Part shown: positions 52,036 to 64,000 of the stretch, piece after piece
How positions within the stretch are numbered: the stretch's first letter is position 1
How the letters are laid out: the number at the start of each line of letters is the position of its first letter
Assembly: GCF_964355755.1 (NCBI RefSeq)
Contig: NC_092670.1
Coordinates: 16,974,795-17,038,794 of the forward strand
Origin: Antedon mediterranea
Taxonomy: Eukaryota > Animalia > Echinodermata
Length of the DNA stretch: 64,000 nucleotides
Reading direction: 5' to 3'
Notes under the pieces: model-generated
The model's database searches: none
What the model saw: only the letters and a program-made list of their open reading frames with translations
Told to the model about the DNA's origin: nothing
Position numbers and translations under genes: made by a program

Positions 52036-52957
52036 TTAAGATCTGGCCATTGCTGCGTAATTATCCCACGTTCTGTCCTGAAGAATTGGTCCAACAGAAT
52101 TTGCGTCGGCAACCTCCATATACCGCTGTGACCTCTGGAACTGAAACATGCTAGGCAATGGTGTTGTCTGTGCAGTATGTGATTGGTAAAAGTTGTTATG
52201 CTGGGGACTGTTCTGTCCGTAGTTGAAGTTAGAAGACTGATAATCAAACTGGTTTGCATTTTGGAGTGTGAAGTCATAGGCTTGTTGTTGATGTTCTGGT
52301 GAGCTCATGTTATCGTATGATGTTGCTTGATTGGTACTAACCATCTCATGGTGTGGTGATTGATGGTTAGGACTGCTAAGATTCAGGGGTGAGCTTGATT
52401 CCTGATTTCTGTTGATCCAGTTTTGTCCCTGCCTTGTTGAAGTGTTAGTACTTGTGAGAACTGTGTATGCTGTAGAGCTGTAAGGAGGTGGTGTAGACTT
52501 TGAGACGGCCGTCATGCTTGAGTTCAGGTTAGCACTTGCCATTGAGTTAGCAGATGGAAGATACATTGAAAGTTCGCTGGGCTCAACAAAGTCGGCCATA
52601 TGTGGTACTGGAAAATCCATAACGTTTGATATGCGATCGTATTTTGCCCGTTTCATTGGCGGCATTTCAGGATCAATTTTTGGGGTGGTTGGTGGTGTTG
52701 GTGGTCCATGTTGCCCTGGGGCAGATGATTTTGTACCTCTGTATGGTAGTTCAATACTATCATTGGTATCTGGTACTAAGTTCTTAAAAATGCTTGGGTT
52801 GAGATGATGATGAGATGAGTCTGGTGGACAACCATTCTTAACTGGCTTATTTCTGCGTCTTGGTTGATATTTATAATCAGGGTATTTCTTCTTGTGTTCC
52901 AATCGAAGACGATCAGCTTCGACAACAAAAGGTTTCTTTTCTTTTTCAGAAAGACTC
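52036..52957 (-). CDS. SoxE: SoxE coding exon 2 (HMG C-terminal half, K2-like region, C-terminal activation region)
   Basis: Contains [11 protein letters not shown], the SoxE motif [17 protein letters not shown] (resembles vertebrate EFDQYLP) and C-terminal [10 protein letters not shown]. Spliced CDS is 1269 nt, giving 422 aa plus stop. Confidence 0.97.
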
Positions 52958-53428
52958 CTGCAAGATAGAATAGTTGTGTATGATTAGCTAAATGTTACAT
53001 TGTTTGTTTATTGTACATTGAAATAGTTTATAAAATACGGTTTTGTTGAATATACTTGTAAAAAGTAAATAGCCGATGGATTAGTAAAATAACGTTCATT
53101 GGTTATTGACTTTCATTTTTGTGCTTCAGGTGAATCAATCTGTAGAGGTGTTACAGTGAACAATAGTTTGTCCAGTTGATTCAACATTTCAAGATTATAA
53201 ATGCAGTAGAGAAAAGTTTTATTTGCATAACCTAGATGTACTCCCAGTAAAAAGACCTAACCAAAATTAAAAGTCAGTGAACTGATATATTATATTCTTG
53301 CAAAAATAATAAATGAAAGAAACATTTACAGTTACTATTATACTAACCATTCATGGATGGTTTGCAAAAGCATCATAATGCATGTTCAAATTAAAGTAAA
53401 ATTAAGAAAAGAAGAAAAATATATTTAC
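52958..53428 (-). other. SoxE intron (471 bp, GT-AG, phase 2)
   Basis: Donor GTAAAT at 53428; acceptor TTCTATCTTGCAG ending at 52958. Splicing restores [38 protein letters not shown]. Confidence 0.95.
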
Positions 53429-53775
53429 CTCCAAAGACGTCCGAGTGTTTTACTGAGTTCAGCATTGTGTAGATTTGGATACTGATCTGCAAGACGTTTT
53501 CTGGCTGCCTGAGCCCACACCATAAATGCATTCATAGGTCGCTTAATATGTGGCTTAGATTTTCCATCTTTACCTCCGTGTTTTGTTGGCATTGTTACCA
53601 AGCTCCAATCGTAGCCTTCAAGTACCTGTGACACTGCATCCCGAATACTGTCTTTCTGTTCCCCATCTGATGACTCGTCACTTACACTACCAGGAGTGCT
53701 CGGACCATCGCTACCAATTGACATTGAACGTTCTGTTAAACTTAGTTCCAACTCTTTCTCATCGGTTAAACTCAT
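53429..53775 (-). CDS. SoxE: SoxE-group HMG-box transcription factor, coding exon 1
   Basis: Encodes the SoxE dimerisation motif [20 protein letters not shown] and the HMG N-terminal half [43 protein letters not shown]. Ends at donor AG|GTAAAT (phase 2), the conserved SoxE HMG-box intron position. Confidence 0.97.
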
Positions 53776-53889
53776 CTTGAAGAAGTGTTTATAAAGTATA
53801 GTCCAAAAAAAAAAGCTGTATGACTTAAAAGTGTCTTACTCCAGCCAACGTTTATCTAGCTTGTTAACTAATTCCAAAATATTTTACAC

Positions 53890-53947
53890 TTTATATAGGA
53901 AATAGTACTACGGCCCTCCCCTATTCTGATATCACTGTTTTGATTGG
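53890..53947 (-). promoter_or_regulatory. SoxE core promoter: TATA box, GC-box-like site, CCAAT box
   Basis: Minus strand shows TATAAA at 53895-53890 (about 115 bp upstream of ATG), GGGGAGGGCC at about 53921-53912 and CCAAT at 53947-53943, in canonical order and spacing. Confidence 0.7.
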
Positions 53948-54202
53948 TTGGAATGTGTCACTTCTCGTTGTCGGTGACTCAACAAGACTGTACAACTTCA
54001 AAAGAGAGTTGCCCTGGGGAATGCTAGCGCGAAACTAGACTTAAGCCTATGTATACTTAATTGGTTTAGGTAATAATTAATAATGTACAAAATATATAAA
54101 GAAAAGTTAAAGTGGCTAAAAACATATACAAATGTACAGTTTTTAACCCCAATAGTTTAGAATGGAAAAGTAAACTAAACTGATTTCAGATTGATTCCTA
54201 CC

Positions 54203-54238
54203 GATGAGTCATCTGTCTGACTCGTTTACGTGACGTCA
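54203..54238. promoter_or_regulatory. Adjacent AP-1 and CRE sites upstream of SoxE
   Basis: GATGAGTCATC (AP-1 core TGAGTCA at 54205-54211) and a perfect CRE TGACGTCA at 54231-54238. Confidence 0.5.
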
Positions 54239-57200
54239 GAAGTAGTTGTATAGTGGTGCATTTGCGTCTTTTTGTTTTCAACTCTGATACAGTAAATAAG
54301 AAATGATATTTATCCAGAGTGTGTAGGTTTGTCTCAAACATTACACAGCAGTTTATAACACTGGCTTCTCTTCTATATAATTGTTGTTTACTTGTTTGTT
54401 GTTTTGCCAAATGTATGATTAAGAGCCTAATACAGGTTATTACTATATGATGACGTTGTTTTGGGCTAATTAATACGAGGATGGTGTGGGGTTGTTACTG
54501 GAATACAGGTTGTTTGCTAACTTACTGTTATGTAACTGTCAAAAGTAACTAGGAATTCGAGCATTTAAAAGTAAAACCAGACATTTCCTTGTGATCTGTG
54601 CAAAGGGTCCGGGTTAAACATTGGCAGTAAGCAACATTTTAGGTAGGCCTATAGTATGAATAGTGTGAATGTACGACCATGCCGAACTAGAAACTTCAAA
54701 GCTTTGAAATTCTGATAAATTATAAGTTTGGTATATAGTGTAAGGAAGAACTGTGGGGCTCATATGTTATGTTTAACTTAAAGGGGTGTGGATGCGTATT
54801 AGCCCTACCTTGTTGCTTGGTGTTTTTCAAATTGGCATCCATACGAGTCTCGTCAGCCGCACCTTTTGGGCATCAGTTGTAATACGCCACACCTCGTGTT
54901 TCAACTACGTTACGTGGTTTTTGGGGCTGGGCATAAAATCCACACGGTCAGATAGTCCTAATCCTATAAACAGTGCACTATTTTCTCGACTATTTTTTAA
55001 TTTATTAATTAAATTCCTTAAAATATATTTAAAATAATTTATAACTGCCATGCAAAAGTCCTGATTGCTTTCCAAATAAATTGATGTTGCTTTAAATTTA
55101 TGCTTAATTACATACTGTAGGCCACATTTGTTGATAGATTCATAGGCTTAAGAAACGGTCTGACGATTGATAGAGAACGGTATAAAGACGGTTAAATAAC
55201 GATAACGTGACTACTTCGTTGAATCCAGGTTTAGCGGTCATTTTAATGTCGTAAATGTAAAAATCTGTGATGGTCACACTCACAGAGGTCAACATTTATG
55301 GATTGAAAACTACTTTTTTCGATTGTAGCAAAGAATGGATGGGTAAACCGTGTTAATGTTGTAAGTTCAAACTAACATATTCTGTTTGTTCTCAATGTAT
55401 TAATTAACTTTTCATTAACCATCATGGAGTTATAAAATTTCTAAAAACTCCATGCATTGACGCAGTGTTTGCTGTGTAGGCCTACAACTGCCCTGACAAA
55501 CTTCATTTTTATTGTAATGAAATTCAATACGTCGATTTTATTTATAATACGGATTTAAAGTTTACTGTGGCAAAAGGCCCATGTCAACTTTCAAGCCTTT
55601 TTTTAGGCCTTAAAAGTTCAAATGTCACACTGGGCATCGTGCCAATTCTTTTGGACTTTTAGAAAAAAATAACGCCCTCTATAACATGTGGGATAAAGCC
55701 AAAGATCTTTGATAACACCTATTAAAAAATGTTAATATCAATATCACTATTGTAAAAATGATTGCCAAAATACTATATAATTACTGTTGCATCCTTTTCT
55801 ATGACTACGATAGATACGACAATATTTACCACGCTATTTCGAATTCCAAATTCGAGTGTGGTAGGCCTACTATAGGCATATTTTACATTCGTATCGTATC
55901 TATAATATGATTTGGTGACATTACAACATTTTTATGATCGCAAGATTAAATCTATTGTCTTTACTACTTTATGAAACCATGCAAATGGATAAGCATTTAT
56001 ACCGATAATATATTGTCAAATTTACTTGAAATATTTTAATATAAATATTAATCAAAATAGGCCTATAGAATTAGAGAAGAAATGAAATGTTTATAAATGT
56101 AATAAAATTAATTAATTCTTAGACGTATGTAATTTAGCCCGCGTATGTTAACATTAGGTCGTTGGAGTTTAGTTAACATTCGCCACGAAATGGAATTATC
56201 CGGTTGTAAAATGTTACAATTTGTCACGTTTTGGCGGTATTTTTGTTTATATTCCGAGTAGTCGGTTTCTCTCGTTCTCAGGCTATTCTGATGAAATATG
56301 GATAATTTCATTACCCCTTTGAGGGTACATTGATTCAATAGATGTTTGATTTACTCATTGAACTGCTCTTTATATCAACGTGTTTGACACTAACTATACC
56401 CATAAGGGTAGTGGAAGGGTCCTAAGCGTCTGTTCTTTTCGGTGTACGTCGGACCTTCAGGATGACAGAGGCTGTTGCGGTTGAGTTGTTGATACGGGTG
56501 GTCTAAAAATGTATGGGTGGTTTAAAATTAAATACAAAAACTCATTTTTTTTATGCCATTATATTTATTATGACCTTTACTATTCAATTGTTTTGTAATA
56601 TTGATTGTGGTATACAGTTTTGTTTAAAGACTGTATATTAGATACAGTAGCGAAATTATTGCTTTATGATAATGCTTTTTATGGTGAATTAGGTATGTCG
56701 GAACATCTATCATTTAGGCATACGGTTAATTAACATAAAATCACTTTACTATTTAACACGTCATTAGTTTCTCATTAATCTGTCTTTATCACGTGACTAC
56801 TTCAATCAGACCGCCGGGTCTTAATCCGATATAAATCGTTCTGACAAGAGATAAGTATAATCGCTATTTAAATGTTCTCAACATGAAGCCATGATACTTT
56901 TAAATCCGGTAATAAAATAATTACACTATTGTCACATGCTGTGTTCACTATTTCACCAATCTATTTTATTTATCATGTTTCAAAAGTATTACTTTTGTTA
57001 ATGTTATTTTTTTTATATCTTGTACTGTACATAATTTAGTTTAAGTTTCCTTGTACTGTAAATAGGCCTATCATTTTATCTCTAACTTCTATTTTATTTT
57101 ATTTACTCTTCATTCAAGAAGTGTGCCACTGTCTAAAAGTGTAGCTTCCAAATAAATTATTATTATTATATTGATATGGCCATTGTATCCGGATCGGTGC

Positions 57201-57370
57201 GTGTTTCGCTCTAATCCCACTTAACGTATTATTAGGATACGTGCTGATATAATTACGTAATACGTGGTGGTCATCTGTACTTTTTATGGCGGTAGCTTTA
57301 AGGTCCAGTCGTGGTCGGTACCCGGGTCGGTATTAATCACACCGAGTTTCCTCCATGATCGCACAATATT

Positions 57371-57678
57371 GTGAGTGAGTGAGTGAGTGAGTGGCATACA
57401 GCTTTACTGTACATCTATCGACACATCTGAAATATTCATAGTTAGTTAATGAGTGTGATCCATCCAGCAATTGCTGATCATTAGGGATCCTTAGAGGTTC
57501 ACAAGACAAACGTAATACACAATTTTTTAGATGCTCTACATTAACAAAGTCTTATTACAAGTCTTTGGGAGTGGAGTAATTTTGTCCTTGGAAAAAATCC
57601 TGACATGTGTCAGGACTTGAACCCAGGACCCTGGAGTGGTAGCCAAGCATCATAACCACCAAGTCACAACTCCACTCC
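57371..57678 (-). mobile_element. tRNA-derived SINE with (CACT)n tail
   Basis: Minus-strand head with A-box-like TGACTTGGTGG and B box GGTTCAAGTCC; ends in the (GAGT)n tract at 57371-57393 on the plus strand. Confidence 0.65.
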
Positions 57679-58265
57679 AAATAAGAAAGATTAGAATGCA
57701 AACGACGTGTTATATCTATTTTAATTTACAACTTTGTCATAAAAAAAACCGGTAAAACGGTAAAAAAATCTTTTACTGGCCTCGTCGTCAAATATATTAT
57801 TCAAAATATAATTATATATATTATATTTTAACTATAACCTGATCCAAATCATTGTGCAAATTGTATGCCTAATATTATTAACATTTGTAGAAAAATGGAA
57901 TTAACATAAATATCATTTCCATGTAAATCACCAACTTGTTCATGGATATCGATATTGTAACCCAATGTTTCCTGATTCCGTAGAATTGGGTTTGCAAAAT
58001 CCAACGAAACCTAAATGTACTACTGTACTGGAACGTGTCATATTATTATTAACCGGACAATTAAAAATCCTCGTACCAAGACGAGGGTCATGCAACTGTG
58101 GTTTATGTTTGTGTCGCGATCATCGAAATCCGTAATTATGATGTCATCAATAATAGGTGCATTGTTTTTTTTTTCGATCGTTAAAAGGGTATTTTTCAAG
58201 ATTATGTAATTTATCATAATGTTTTATTTATAAATTATAGTGCGCAAATTCCAACAATAGAATTA

Positions 58266-58427
58266 AAGCTCTGTCTATACACTATCAAACTAGTTTGACA
58301 AAAAAGTGTGATGTGGTCAAATGGTAGTGATATGCTTAAATATGGTAGTGATATGACATCATCATGTCCATATACGGGAACATCTCATTTTTCTGACACA
58401 TTAAGTTTGAAAGTGTAGACAGAGCTT
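58266..58427. mobile_element. Full-length AGCTCTGTCTACACT-family MITE
   Basis: TA|AAGCTCTGTCTA...AGTGTAGACAGAGCTT|TA with internal ATGGTAGTGATATG repeats. Confidence 0.85.
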
Positions 58428-59171
58428 TACAATCAATATTCAGCTTAATTACAATTTGACGAATAAAATATTTTACAGTTTTGATCTTTTGAATTTAAAA
58501 TAAACACAGGACGATAGGTAGACAGAATACAATTTATAAATACGTTCAAATAGTTTCAATACCTGATATTCTAGTAAAACTCTCCACTTTGAGCTAAGTA
58601 TTGGCTGTAATACTAATTTTATGTAAATTTCTTGCTGATTGTTTAGTTTGAGTGTGTAGTATAGACCTATTTTTGTGACTAAGTTGACCGTGTAAATCTA
58701 GTAAAACGAGGTCACTTTTTTTTACGAACCGATACATTTAGTACCATTGACACTTTTATAATGTTTTCTCCAAATAAACACACCTTTTCAAATTGACATT
58801 TTATTCGGTGTTTAGTATTTTGATGACAGACCCGAGCGTTTTCACATGTGTTTTAAACGCGTCAGCAAGTTTTGAACCAAAATAAATGACGTATATTCAC
58901 AGTCGTATTTCGTAACAATCTATATTCTTTATTACTAATTAGTGACTGTTTCCTGTTTTTAATTTACGAGAATCAAACCACGGAATGTAACTAGTTGCCA
59001 AATGGGAAAGAATAGTTTTGATAGCATTAAACTGGAAGTATTATAAACATTATAAATAGCACTCATATTCAGCGGAAGTGATTCTGTATTTTCCAGTGTT
59101 GATTTTTGTTTACTGCAGTAATCATGTTCTATACTATTTTATTTCCTCATTTCTGAAATATACTATGTTTT

Positions 59172-59210
59172 ATTCTTGTTGATGATCAAATAAAGATCGA
59201 AACGTCGAAT
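59172..59210 (+). ncRNA. Degenerate minimal type I hammerhead motif
   Basis: ATTC TTGTTGA T GATC AAATAAA GATC GAAA CG TC GAAT: stems I and II pair and GAAA-CG-TC is intact; the 5' core differs from CTGATGA at two positions. Confidence 0.55.
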
Positions 59211-59972
59211 CATGGCTTCGCTCGTTTTTTTATGCTTAAAGGAAATCATGACTATGACAAATGATACTCGGAGGTCAAACTTTGTAAATAAGCGATATAC
59301 AAATTACAATTTGATATGCCAGGGTTTTGCCGTGGACCCATTCCTAATTTATAGGTCCACGGTCATTTAAATCCGCACTACAGTAATTCCTCCATTCAAT
59401 TCAATGATTAGCAAAAGTTATTGCCGATATCTCAGCATTTGTTTATTTTAGAACACCCGCAATAGTTTCTAGTTGTCGCCAATTGAGTGGGCCGGAAATA
59501 GCACCTTTATATCCCTCATTGACCATCAAAGTGTCTCCGCACCGGAAACGCTTTTGCAGCCTTTGAAGTTGAGCTGACCACCGTAGGCCTAGCAATGCAT
59601 CTCTTTCGTTTCCCCACCCATAAATGCATAATAGGCGTAATTTCAACCGATGTACAAAGTATGTCTGACAATCTAGGCCTACGCTTTCGGTTTTAGAGAG
59701 ACGGTGGATCAATGCTTTTTTAATGTTTCAAGTGACGTCATCAACACAAAGGTATTAAGTTTAAATAATACGTGATATCTCGGAGTTCGACCAGATTTTC
59801 CTATTTGAATTAAAATAACCGATTTCTCACTTGCAAAATTGAATAGACCTTAACTACCTTACACCGACGCATGGAAAACGAAAGAAAACAAAGTTTGTTT
59901 AATAATGAAAATGTTTTTAAAATTGAGTGAGTGGGTTTGTTCCAATTTTGAATTAAGGGGGTGTAAAATTAA

Positions 59973-60327
59973 AAATATGATCTACAGAAAAACATGAAAA
60001 ATAAGATGTTACAATTACAGTGTGTAGTTTTAATAAATTTATGGCATTCAATTTTGCCAAAAAAAAAAAGATTTCGCTTATAAAAAAGACAAAATATACA
60101 ATTACAATTACATTTAACAAAACAAAACATTGACTTTCAGTAGGCCTAATAGACTTCCATTTGACTATCTTTTAATTAATAATTATTTTATATTAGGCCT
60201 GCCATGTAAATATTTTTTCTCCATCCAATTTGTGATCAAAGTGAATAAAATAACTTATGTGAAACTAAAATGGCTTATTCAAGAATTCTTTTTAAAAATT
60301 ATTTTTTTCAGAGGGACAATATATCCT
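59973..60327. mobile_element. Older copy of the Kolobok-type MITE
   Basis: Right end GAGGGACAATATATCCT|TTAA and internal blocks (CATGAAAAATAAGAT, TATAAAAAAGACAAAAT, GTGAATAA, TTATGTGA) collinear with 31895-32239. Confidence 0.65.
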
Positions 60328-62979
60328 TTAAAAAGTAAGTAAATGGAAGCGTTGGAGGAAATATAGGTGAATATCGTGAAGGTTCGATTCACTCCGCCGA
60401 TTCCGTCAATGTTTACTTCCGATCATAGAAACCGTGACACACACACACTTTATTATTCGCCCACCTGTTACGCCGGAACAAAATGTTTCTGTAACCAGTA
60501 AAGGATACAGAAATTGAAATATTAATAGTATAATCATGGAGAAATAATTATTATTACTCTATGGTATAATGTTGAATTGAATAAATGAATACCTGAATAA
60601 ATTGTGTAAAGTTCTAACCGTGCCATATCATTAATAATAGATACCGGCCGGTGTTTTTGTTCAAATACCTACATTGCATTTGGGTACTGCGGTACCGTAC
60701 CCTGGGACATAAACGTTTTGATTAAAAATTAGCGACTCGATTTATTGTGTAATGGGTTGCCGTAAATATGTATAAATGCTTGGTGATATTGGCTTTTTCC
60801 TTCATCAAACTTCAGACTAACTTATACCGGTCTAAAACGCTTTGAAGACGGTGTGAAATCTAGAGGTAAACCTAACCCTATCGACCCAAGAAATCTCGCG
60901 AGACTCTACGATTAATGGTGCTATGGATAGGCCGTCACACAGCAATTGTTGCGTTGTCTTTCACCGCCTGCCCTTCGTAAATCGTCCGGTCTCTCTTGGG
61001 GATGTTTCAAATCTTTTGCAGTAATTTGTTGCAATCGGCGTCATGGTTGGATGAAAGTCGGTCGTTTTAACAGGTAAACTTTGCGGAAAGGTGACACTGA
61101 ATGGTTAGACGAAATGTCATATAATGTTTAATGTGAGTACCGACTCGGCATCGGAAGTTTACAGTCATACAAGCTATGCACATTAAGTATCAATAATGTA
61201 GCAACTATAATTACCCATGTTAATAAATCAAACCAACTTTCTCACAACAGCATTTTCATACCGGTATCATTAAGTTTTTGTTTGATATTAATGTGAAGAG
61301 ATTTGTGCTAAGAGATGTAAGGTGGAGGGAAGGGGTTCGATTGGAGTTGTGCAGCGGGTACAATGCTGTGAGCCATTTTTATGATGCAGGAGTGTGTCAT
61401 TGTTAACCTATGACGACTTCGATAAACTATTTTGTGGGATGTGTTTGTGTTGTTATTCTCATCGATTTTACACAGGTGAAGTCGAGTTTAAGTATTTTAC
61501 CTGTATACAATTTGTCGGGATAAACACCAAAACAACCCATGCTTATTATTAGTTTCTTTATATCAATTATACTTTTGAACAAAGATGGCTAAACATGACA
61601 TTATACCGTTCTTAATATCCTGTTCATTTATTTTGTGTTCTATTATATTTGTAACAATAAATGTTTTCGCTATAGAATAGGGTTAAACATTGTTATTCTC
61701 CAGTCTGACGTTTAAATTGTGAGAGCTATTGTGACGAGTTATTGATAAGATTGTCTACTTAATTTTTACTGCTTTCTTGACAAAAAGGCTTTGACAAGCG
61801 GTATAGTAGTTATTTATGAAATCATTTCCATTCTTGAGTCGCCTTAAGGTATTCTTTGCAGACCGCTTTCAGGAGGATTCATTTATTTTAGACGGGTCCA
61901 TTTAGACGAGTGTCAATCGTTAGTATTCCCGCTTGTTTGTCTTCAGTCTGTTGTTTGTTACAACTTACATTACATGAATGTAGGCTTTTTTTTTTAAAGT
62001 AGGACTGTAGGCCTGTTTTTCTTTTTGGTTAATGTTGATCCAATTGAAAGTACTAAAAATAGTACTTATTTACTATTGGATCAACGAAAAAGTAAAAATT
62101 CTCTTCTATAATATTATGAAAAAAAAATGAAATTATTTCAAGATTTTAGGCATGTAGGTCTATAGTTTGTGTTTACTAGGCCTACGACACGGAAAGCATG
62201 TGTATAATCGTCAGATAGTCGATCATTAGTTGTTGTACATTTCAATTTTAATTTAATACATAATAGCAAAATACATAAAAGAACATTGTGACAGTAATAA
62301 TAATAATAGGCCTACAATATAAACAAATAAAATCATTACCATACGGTAATAAGTCGACCCACTGCACCAATGCCAGATATTCTTAGGCCTATTTTATTTT
62401 ACCAGGTATCAGCATTTTCTAAAAATAGATATTAGGCCTTCTGACCTAATTTCTATAATTTTTAAATAAATTGTGTTTTGTTTGTAAGTAGGCCAAATAG
62501 GCAGTTCAGTGATCAAGCAGGCATTGGCATTATATCGAAAAGATCTGCTGAGCACTAGTGTGCCTTTAGGATAGGCACTGAGTGTAGGAATAACTGCATC
62601 TAAAACTAATAATGTTAATTGAAAGTGAAGTGCGTACAATCAAATTGCAGGCAGGATACCTATGTGGGAGGCAGGTTCAATTGTTAAACCCTGATTATAA
62701 TCCCTGTATTTTGACAAGTTAAGTTGTGTCGAAAATTAGAAGCAGAAGTAACAATCAAATCAGAAAATCGGATACAAATTAAATAGCAGTTTAATTCATT
62801 CGATCCGTCTTGATTGGAATGGGTTATGATTAATAATACGACCAGGGAGGCAATACGAATGTTATTTTTGTGAGATGATCACCTTTTACTATTACATCTG
62901 GCTACCAGATGCTACTTCTGCAAAAAAGGTTTTCTAAAGTTTACCATGTGTATAGTTGTAGACCATGTTTCATTTATTA

Positions 62980-63095
62980 AGCTCTGTCTACACTATCAAA
63001 AATGTGCCCAAATATAGTAGTGATATAACGTCATCATGTTGATGGGCGCATCACATTTTTTTTGTCACATACAATTTTATAGTGTAGACAGAATT
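62980..63095. mobile_element. AGCTCTGTCTACACT-family MITE
   Basis: AGCTCTGTCTACACTATCAAA..GTGCCCAAATA..ATAGTGTAGACAGA. Confidence 0.8.
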
Positions 63096-63665
63096 TGGAC
63101 AAAAATAGACTGTTTGTTTGCTATAAAAACACACATTTAAGGGCGTTGTTGATTGGATGGGGGATGTTGGTTCGGAAGGAAGGCCATTGATGTCGATAAG
63201 TGGGAAACTTAACTTGGATTGTTGCATGGTTTTGAAAAGAGGTGATACCATGTTTTGTAATGACTAATAATAATACTAGGCAATATAGAAAGAAACAGTC
63301 GGTTACACTAGATACTATACATGTTAATTATCAATGTGATTTAAGTGTCGATTTTCGACAATTGCAATCATATCCTTGTGTATAAGATCGTATACGTAAC
63401 AGTATAACATATATCGCCTTACTCCACAGTGTTGCGATACCGCTGATACGTTTATTCAATATATAGCGCACTATATTGTCCACGCGCTTCCAATCTTATG
63501 AATATTTATGAAGGAAATTAATTGTAAACAATCTTTCGGTAGAGAATAAAGGGTGTTTATCTAATGATGGCTCTTTTTCCGTATCATTAATTGATCCGAT
63601 TTAAAAACCGTAATCACGATACCCTACACGCGCTTGAGGGTTATGTGAGCTCCAATGCGTCATAA

Positions 63666-63679
63666 GTTTCCATGGCAAC
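63666..63679. promoter_or_regulatory. RFX X-box motif
   Basis: GTTTCCATGGCAAC, a near-perfect palindromic X-box inside a CpG-containing stretch with no recognisable repeat. Confidence 0.45.
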
Positions 63680-64000
63680 GGTAGGCGGTTAATACTCCAG
63701 TAATTGTTGGTAGGCAGTTTAGTAATAATATGATTGTTTCATCATTCTTATTTGTAATATAGGAATTCCCCTTTTCTGCAATTGTTGTTACTAATGATTA
63801 TATAAATAAATTGTTGGAAACTTCTGGTCATTGGTCGTAAATACAATATAAATGCACGGTACCATACCGTAGAGTACGGTACTTCACCTGCTTTCACCTT
63901 TATATTTCGCAGTACTTTTAGGCTATTAACGTGATAAACAAAAATAACACATAGATTAATCATAACAAATAATACAAAATTCTTAATTCATTCATCTCAT

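Noticed and set aside
53425-53775. Stand-alone 116-aa SoxE ORF or dedicated truncated isoform
   Set aside because: The stop is simply the TAA within the GTAA splice donor of a phase-2 intron; there is no evidence for intron retention.
51957-53780. Overlapping and antisense ORFs within SoxE (51957-52277, 51969-52154, 52514-52807, 53583-53780)
   Set aside because: Shadow frames of the real CDS with no recognisable motifs.
57595-57678. tRNA gene
   Set aside because: A and B boxes are present but the acceptor stem does not pair well, and the sequence continues into a SINE-like body and microsatellite tail.

Overview
AT-rich animal genomic DNA, most likely from an invertebrate deuterostome such as an echinoderm (inferred from the SoxE sequence, the Deu/Nin-type and CORE-like SINEs and frequent TAGGCCTA motifs). 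The only host gene I can support is a two-exon SoxE (Sox8/9/10 group) HMG-box gene on the minus strand: CDS 53775-53429 joined to 52957-52036, 422 aa. It has a TATA/CCAAT/GC-box promoter, upstream AP-1 and CRE sites, and an AU-rich 3' UTR containing Pumilio elements. The rest is a gene desert full of transposon debris. This includes a decayed CR1-group LINE nested in a PIF/Harbinger-type element, several other Harbinger-type non-autonomous elements (one keeps a Myb/SANT trihelix remnant), hAT-, Tc1/mariner- and Kolobok-type MITEs, tRNA-derived SINEs and a 27 x 47-bp tandem array. The most unusual signals are: (i) a tandem pair of minimal type I hammerhead-ribozyme motifs at 48.2-48.3 kb plus a third at 59.2 kb, resembling Penelope pLTRs; (ii) Harbinger sister elements with the same TIR but different subterminal palindrome codes; (iii) a satellite that appears to have expanded inside a MITE; (iv) a MITE that captured nearby DNA. 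All coordinates were read by eye and no database searches were run.
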